From NCBI GenBank assembly GCA_002783405.1, contig PFGG01000074.1, positions 20,542-84,541 of the forward strand: a stretch of 64,000 nucleotides of DNA, read 5' to 3'. This document shows, in pieces, positions 59,485 to 64,000 of the stretch; within the stretch, counting starts at the first letter, position 1; every line of letters starts with the position of its first letter. The position numbers were made by a program, and so were the translations under genes. This DNA comes from a bacterium (Candidatus Blackallbacteria) CG13_big_fil_rev_8_21_14_2_50_49_14 (GTDB lineage: Bacteria > Cyanobacteriota > Sericytochromatia > UBA7694). The notes below the pieces were generated by a model. The model was not told the origin of the DNA. It made no database searches and saw nothing but the letters and a program-made list of their open reading frames with translations.

Positions 59485-62245
59485 ATCTGTGAGCTTTGAG
59501 CTGGATTTAGACTGGGTAAGTCGTTATTTGCCCCATCAGGGTGCTTTGCAGCATTTTGTACACCATAATCCGCTGGCAGCATTTGAATCTCTGCCCTTTG
59601 AGGTGGCTTGCCAGCAAGCGCGTGAGCTCTACGGGGGATATTGTTTTTTAGAACAAAAACGCTATTTGGAATATCTTCAGCAGGGAAAGATCGCCTTGTC
59701 TGTTTTAGCGTCTGAATTAAGGGCTTGGTATTCTGAGCAGGAATCTCTTTCTGAGCAAGAATTACAGGCGCTTTTGCAGGTTTTTCTGAATCCCCCCCGT
59801 TTGAGCTTGAAAAATACGATTGAAAAAAAACTGTTACAGGAACCTCGCCAAGCGCTTCTCAGCGAGCTTAAAAGCCTGATCGCTGAAGTTGCAATTGCTG
59901 AGCCAATTTCTTCGACATTGACTTACCCCACCTATCGTGAGGTCATTCTTGCGCAAAAAGGGGTCGATATTGATACCCAGATCAATCCTTTGATGGCAAA
60001 ATTTTTCAGTGCCTATGCTGATCCGGGCTGTGCTTATTGGAAAGTGGAGTATAAGCGAGAGGGTCTTTGGGCCTGTTTCCTTGAAAATTATCGCTCGCCT
60101 TATTTACTCGAAAATACCTTTGCCCGTATGCTTCACTTGGAATTGTTTCACTCTTCGGTTCAAGATCTTAATCCAGATCAGGCTTTGCTTTACTATCTTG
60201 AAGCCCTTCAGCTTCAACCTGAAAACTACAAAAAATACCTCTTGGCAATGGGGTTGCGTTTGCGCGGTTGGGCGGGTCTATTCAATCAGATGGAGCACGA
60301 GCCTGAGCAGCGTTTGGATGGTACTTCTTTTGTTTTGAAGGAGTTTCTCCTGGTCAAACTGGTGTTTGAGTATGTGGCCTGCAAGGCCTATCTTCCCCGT
60401 TTTGAAGAAAAAGTGCTTTTGTACCACCAGCTTGAACGGGCCAAGCAAAAGCAAGACGATCTGCAAGCCGAATGGCTTTATTTGAGTCTTCACTTTTTTG
60501 ATTTGCATCTGGGGCCGGGCGAATGGCAGGCCTCTCCTACTGAGAAGAAAAGATGGCTGCATCTGTTGCGTGTTTTGCTTAAGGAACAGCGTAAATTAAT
60601 TTACCAACGCGCCCTTGAGAAGACCTATGCCCTTGAGGTTCTTTCGGTTTTTAAGCAGGTGAAACAGCTTGAACAAACGGTTTCATCCCCTCCCGCTTTT
60701 CAATATATTACCTGTATCGATGATCGTGAAGAATCGTTGCGTCGTTATATTGAAGCCCAGGTGCCAGATTGTGAAACCTTTGGTGTGGCGGGTTATTTTG
60801 AAATGAATATGTATTTTCAAGCCCATAATGAAGTTCGTTCACGCAAACTCTGCCCGGGTGTGATTCAAGAAACTTTTCAGGTTCAACAGGTGAAAAAGAG
60901 CAAGGCTCAAGTTTCGCTCAGTCAAACCTATGCCAGAGTCTTCCGTAGCTATTCAACGCATTCCAAAATTTCATTTTTTGCTTATCTGATTACTGTGGTG
61001 ACTGGTTTTCTCAGCGCGATTCCCTTTTTTATCAAGGTATTTTTGCCCTATTTAGATCTGGTTTTACGCCAATCGATACGTGCTTATTTTCTGCCAGAAC
61101 AAGAGCTTGAAGATTTGATCTTTCATGAACAGGGCCAGGTATTGGGTTTGTCTTATGCTCAGGCCGCTGAAAAGGTTTATCAATTGCTGAAAACGATTGA
61201 TTTACTTGAAAATTTCAGTGAATTTATCTATGTGGTGGGGCATGGCTCTTCAAGTATCAACAACCCCCATGAATATGCCTATAACTGTGGCGCCTGTGGC
61301 GGGGGAGAAGGACGGGCCAATGCCCGTGTTTTTGCGACACTTGCCAATACCCCTGAAGTACGAACTCTGCTCAAAGCCAATCATGCACTTGAGCTTCCCG
61401 AAACAACGATTTTTATCGCAGGGTATCATGATACCTGCCAGGACAGTTTGCTCTGGTCTGAACCGTCTTTAACCGCGCAGCAAAAGCAGCGCCACGCGCA
61501 TTATGTCGCGAAAATGAATCGGGCCTTGAAATACAACGCTGCTGAGCGGGCACGTAAATTTTTTAATATTTCCAAGCGTCTGGGCATTTTAAGTGCGTTT
61601 AAACAGGTCTTCAAGCGTTCGAATGATTTGGCCGAGGCCCGACCGGAATACAACCATGCAACCCAGGCGCTTTGCGTGATTGGGCGGCGCAGCCTCAATC
61701 AACATATCTTTTTTGATCGCAGAGCTTTTCTCTGTTCCTATAATCCCGATTCGGATGATGGTTCTGTGCTTGCCAAAAGCATGGCAGCGGTCATGCCCGT
61801 CTGTGCGGGCATCAGTTTGGAATACTATTTCAGCAGTATGGATCCCGAAGTCTATGGCTGTGGCTCGAAACTGAGCCACAATATTACCTGTGATTATGCC
61901 GTGATGAGTGGCTTTGCCAGTGATCTTCGCTTGGGGCTTTCAAAACAGATGGTTGAAATTCACGACCCACGCAGAATTCTCTTTGTGATAGAAAGCGAAC
62001 CCGAAATTGTACACGCAATTTTGTTGGAGAATCCACAACTCGAAAATCTTGTGAAAAACAGGTGGGTTTCTTTGCTTGTTTACCATGCGCGTACTGAAAC
62101 CTTCTTTGGTTTTCAAAATCAGGGTTTTGTGCCGCTTGAAATTCCTGAAGCCGAATATTTGAGCTATGTTTGTTCAGAAAATATTCCCACTGATGCCAGC
62201 AACCTGATCCCCGTTGCTTTGTTGGAGAGACAACTATGCCCGTGA
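59477..62245 (+). CDS. dabA: DabA (DUF2309/UPF0753), beta-carbonic-anhydrase-like subunit of a DAB inorganic-carbon pump
   Basis: 'YITCIDDREESLRRY' (Cys413-x-Asp415) and 'GHGSSSINNPHEYAYNCGACGG' (His589, Cys604) give the Cys-x-Asp ... His-x14-Cys pattern of the family. A NuoL-like gene follows. Confidence 0.8.
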   Translation: MAESVSFELDLDWVSRYLPHQGALQHFVHHNPLAAFESLPFEVACQQARELYGGYCFLEQKRYLEYLQQGKIALSVLASELRAWYSEQESLSEQELQALLQVFLNPPRLSLKNTIEKKLLQEPRQALLSELKSLIAEVAIAEPISSTLTYPTYREVILAQKGVDIDTQINPLMAKFFSAYADPGCAYWKVEYKREGLWACFLENYRSPYLLENTFARMLHLELFHSSVQDLNPDQALLYYLEALQLQPENYKKYLLAMGLRLRGWAGLFNQMEHEPEQRLDGTSFVLKEFLLVKLVFEYVACKAYLPRFEEKVLLYHQLERAKQKQDDLQAEWLYLSLHFFDLHLGPGEWQASPTEKKRWLHLLRVLLKEQRKLIYQRALEKTYALEVLSVFKQVKQLEQTVSSPPAFQYITCIDDREESLRRYIEAQVPDCETFGVAGYFEMNMYFQAHNEVRSRKLCPGVIQETFQVQQVKKSKAQVSLSQTYARVFRSYSTHSKISFFAYLITVVTGFLSAIPFFIKVFLPYLDLVLRQSIRAYFLPEQELEDLIFHEQGQVLGLSYAQAAEKVYQLLKTIDLLENFSEFIYVVGHGSSSINNPHEYAYNCGACGGGEGRANARVFATLANTPEVRTLLKANHALELPETTIFIAGYHDTCQDSLLWSEPSLTAQQKQRHAHYVAKMNRALKYNAAERARKFFNISKRLGILSAFKQVFKRSNDLAEARPEYNHATQALCVIGRRSLNQHIFFDRRAFLCSYNPDSDDGSVLAKSMAAVMPVCAGISLEYYFSSMDPEVYGCGSKLSHNITCDYAVMSGFASDLRLGLSKQMVEIHDPRRILFVIESEPEIVHAILLENPQLENLVKNRWVSLLVYHARTETFFGFQNQGFVPLEIPEAEYLSYVCSENIPTDASNLIPVALLERQLCP

Positions 62246-64000
62246 GCTATGCCCCTCTGTTTGGTGTTCCTCTGATTGTTTTGCCGCTTTTGATGTTTCT
62301 TTATGCCATTCTCGTGCGGGTTGTGAAGGTACGGAATTATTCCCGCTCGCTCAGCTTTTTGGCGATCTTGACCCAAATCTTGCTCTTTGCGTGTGCCTTG
62401 GGCACTTCGGCTTTTGTCGCCAGGCATGGAAACTATGACTTTTTACTTTTTAGCTGGATGCAAGATGCCAAACCTGTCTATCATCTGCAAATTCACCTTG
62501 AGCTTTCAACTTGTGTTTTCTTGCTCTTGGCGAGTTTTCTAAGTGGTGTGATCGGGCGTTTTTCGATCAGCTATTTGGCCTACGAAGAAGGCTATTACAA
62601 GTTTTTTATCAATTTCTATTTAATGCAATTGGCGCTCTATACGCTGATCTTAAGCGCTAATTTCTACTTTGTTTTGATTGCTTGGGAATTGCTTGGCTTG
62701 GCCTCAATCTTCCTGATCTCCTTTTATCAAGGCAGTCAAAAAACAGTAGACAATGCACTATTTGTATTGGGAATTTATAAATTTTGTGATTTGTTTTTAA
62801 TTTTGGCGCTATTACTCTTTCAGCACGAACAACATGGCTTTATTCTTTCAAAAACTTCTCACCAGGCTTCCGTCTTTTTCCTTTGCGTGCTCTGTCTTGC
62901 CTCGATGGGAAAATCTGCTCTTTTTCCCTTTTCAAAATGGGTGCCTCGGGCCATGGAAGGGCCGACAACCTCCAGCGCGATCTTTTATGGGGCCTTGTCG
63001 ATTCATGCTGGGGTGATTCTATTGGTCAAGTTTCGCGTCTTTTTTGAAGCCCATGTCTGGATTCATTTTCTGCTGTTTTGGATGGGCTTGCTTTCGGCTG
63101 TCTACGCCAGTTTGAAAAGCCGGATTCAAACCGATGTTAAATCGACATTGGCCTATGCCACGGTGGTGCAGGTCGGCCTGATCTATATGGAGTTTGCCTT
63201 GGGTTGGTATGAACTTGTTTTATTGCATACCGTTTCCAATGCGCTTTTGAAAACCTACCAATTTATTCGCACACCTTCCAATATTCACCATTTTCACCAT
63301 CTTGAAAAAATGAATTACCATTTATTTGACCCCCATGGGTTGCATTTTGAAATGTTTTTGCCCCGTTCGACACGCATTTGGAGTTATAAACTGGTTTACC
63401 ATAATTTTGGGCTGACCCTGGCTTGGCAGACGCTTTTAAAACCTCTGAAGCAGTTTCAGACTTTTCTGAACCACAAGCTGGAAGCGCTCACTGAGCGGTT
63501 GGTTCAAGTGCCGATTTTTCGCTCTCAAGCCCTGGTTTTGCTGATTGGGGGGAGTGGCGTATTGGGGTTGATCTGGCTGGAACGCCATGCCTTTATTCAG
63601 CAGTTGTATCTTTCCGGTGGTCTGCTTTTGGGGGCTTTGTTTTTTTCATTCTTGAGTTTGAAACACACAACCATTGAGCATTATCTTATCAAAATAAAAT
63701 CCAGTTATTTTTGCGTTTCTGCAAGTGCGATCTTATTTTTTGGTAATCTAGAGCACTACAATGCGCTTTACTATTTTGGTCTCAACTTGATCTCTTTGTT
63801 CATTCTCGATTTCTTTATCAAGTATTTGTCCCGGCGTTTGGATCTTGACAGTCTTCAGGCCTATTTGGGTATTGGCAATCGCTATAAATATATCAGCATG
63901 ATCGCGATTTCGATTCTGTTGATGCTGACGTTTACACCTGGATTTGCTTCTTTTATTGTTTTTGATGCTGTTTTAGAAGAAATATCTGAAAAATCAAAAT
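62236..64000 (+). CDS. dabB: DabB (NuoL/MrpA-like proton-conducting membrane subunit), 3'-truncated by the window end
   Basis: Not in the ORF track because it has no stop. My own translation from the ATG at 62236 gives 'AWELLGLASIFLISFY', 'GKSALFPFSKWVPRAMEGPTTSSAIFYGALSIHAGV' and 'STLAYATVVQVG'. It overlaps the dabA stop by 10 nt. Confidence 0.8.
   Translation, partial: MPVSYAPLFGVPLIVLPLLMFLYAILVRVVKVRNYSRSLSFLAILTQILLFACALGTSAFVARHGNYDFLLFSWMQDAKPVYHLQIHLELSTCVFLLLASFLSGVIGRFSISYLAYEEGYYKFFINFYLMQLALYTLILSANFYFVLIAWELLGLASIFLISFYQGSQKTVDNALFVLGIYKFCDLFLILALLLFQHEQHGFILSKTSHQASVFFLCVLCLASMGKSALFPFSKWVPRAMEGPTTSSAIFYGALSIHAGVILLVKFRVFFEAHVWIHFLLFWMGLLSAVYASLKSRIQTDVKSTLAYATVVQVGLIYMEFALGWYELVLLHTVSNALLKTYQFIRTPSNIHHFHHLEKMNYHLFDPHGLHFEMFLPRSTRIWSYKLVYHNFGLTLAWQTLLKPLKQFQTFLNHKLEALTERLVQVPIFRSQALVLLIGGSGVLGLIWLERHAFIQQLYLSGGLLLGALFFSFLSLKHTTIEHYLIKIKSSYFCVSASAILFFGNLEHYNALYYFGLNLISLFILDFFIKYLSRRLDLDSLQAYLGIGNRYKYISMIAISILLMLTFTPGFASFIVFDAVLEEISEKSK

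Noticed and set aside
1-64000. tRNA, rRNA, tmRNA, transposase/integrase or prophage content
   Set aside because: I found no GGTTCGAATCC-type T-arm, no rRNA-like stretch and no recombinase-like ORF while reading both strands. GC content is fairly uniform apart from short AT-rich promoters.

Overview
Densely coding chromosomal DNA, about 50% GC, from a bacterium I cannot place taxonomically from sequence alone. I saw no rRNA, tRNA, CRISPR array, transposase or integrase. I support about 64 protein-coding genes, and all family calls come from motifs read by eye in the supplied translations, not from searches. From left to right the window holds: lexA; a pterin-related trio (SDR, PTPS-family, FolM-like SDR) surrounding an orphan cheA with a duplicated HPt domain; a TetR/ABC1-kinase pair; and a large Gly/Ala-rich repeat protein. 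From 13 to 28 kb lies a block of thiol/redox and haem genes: a Crp/Fnr-family regulator, small thioredoxin-like protein, YceI-like, cytochrome P460-like, glutaredoxin, class III cyclase, mazEF, cytochrome c, a Met-rich secreted protein, two peroxiredoxin-like proteins, a secreted thioredoxin and CcdA. Next comes an APP1-like / TPR-OGT / B12-radical-SAM operon, then an FGE-domain protein, sugar aminotransferase, BtpA, a molybdopterin oxidoreductase, parE-yjbQ-dinB, gpx/ohrR, a divergent Ro60-like TROVE+vWA gene coupled to an unknown HTH protein, an RCK K+ channel, hrpB, and arsR-pepA-DUF983-dabA-dabB (DAB inorganic-carbon pump, dabB truncated by the window end). The strongest non-obvious signals are as follows. 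(1) A CRP-geometry palindrome, TGTCA-N6-TGACA, occurs six times perfectly and once with one mismatch. Every copy is intergenic and upstream of the redox/haem genes beside the Crp/Fnr regulator, which suggests an undescribed regulon. (2) The Ro60-like/vWA gene overlaps a family-less 393-aa HTH protein by 41 nt. (3) Three tail-anchored proteins lack signal peptides (two Gly-zipper-like, one EF-hand/His-rich) and share a 5' leader element. (4) GTATAC-N5/6-GTAT repeats around the lexA promoter may be a non-canonical SOS box.
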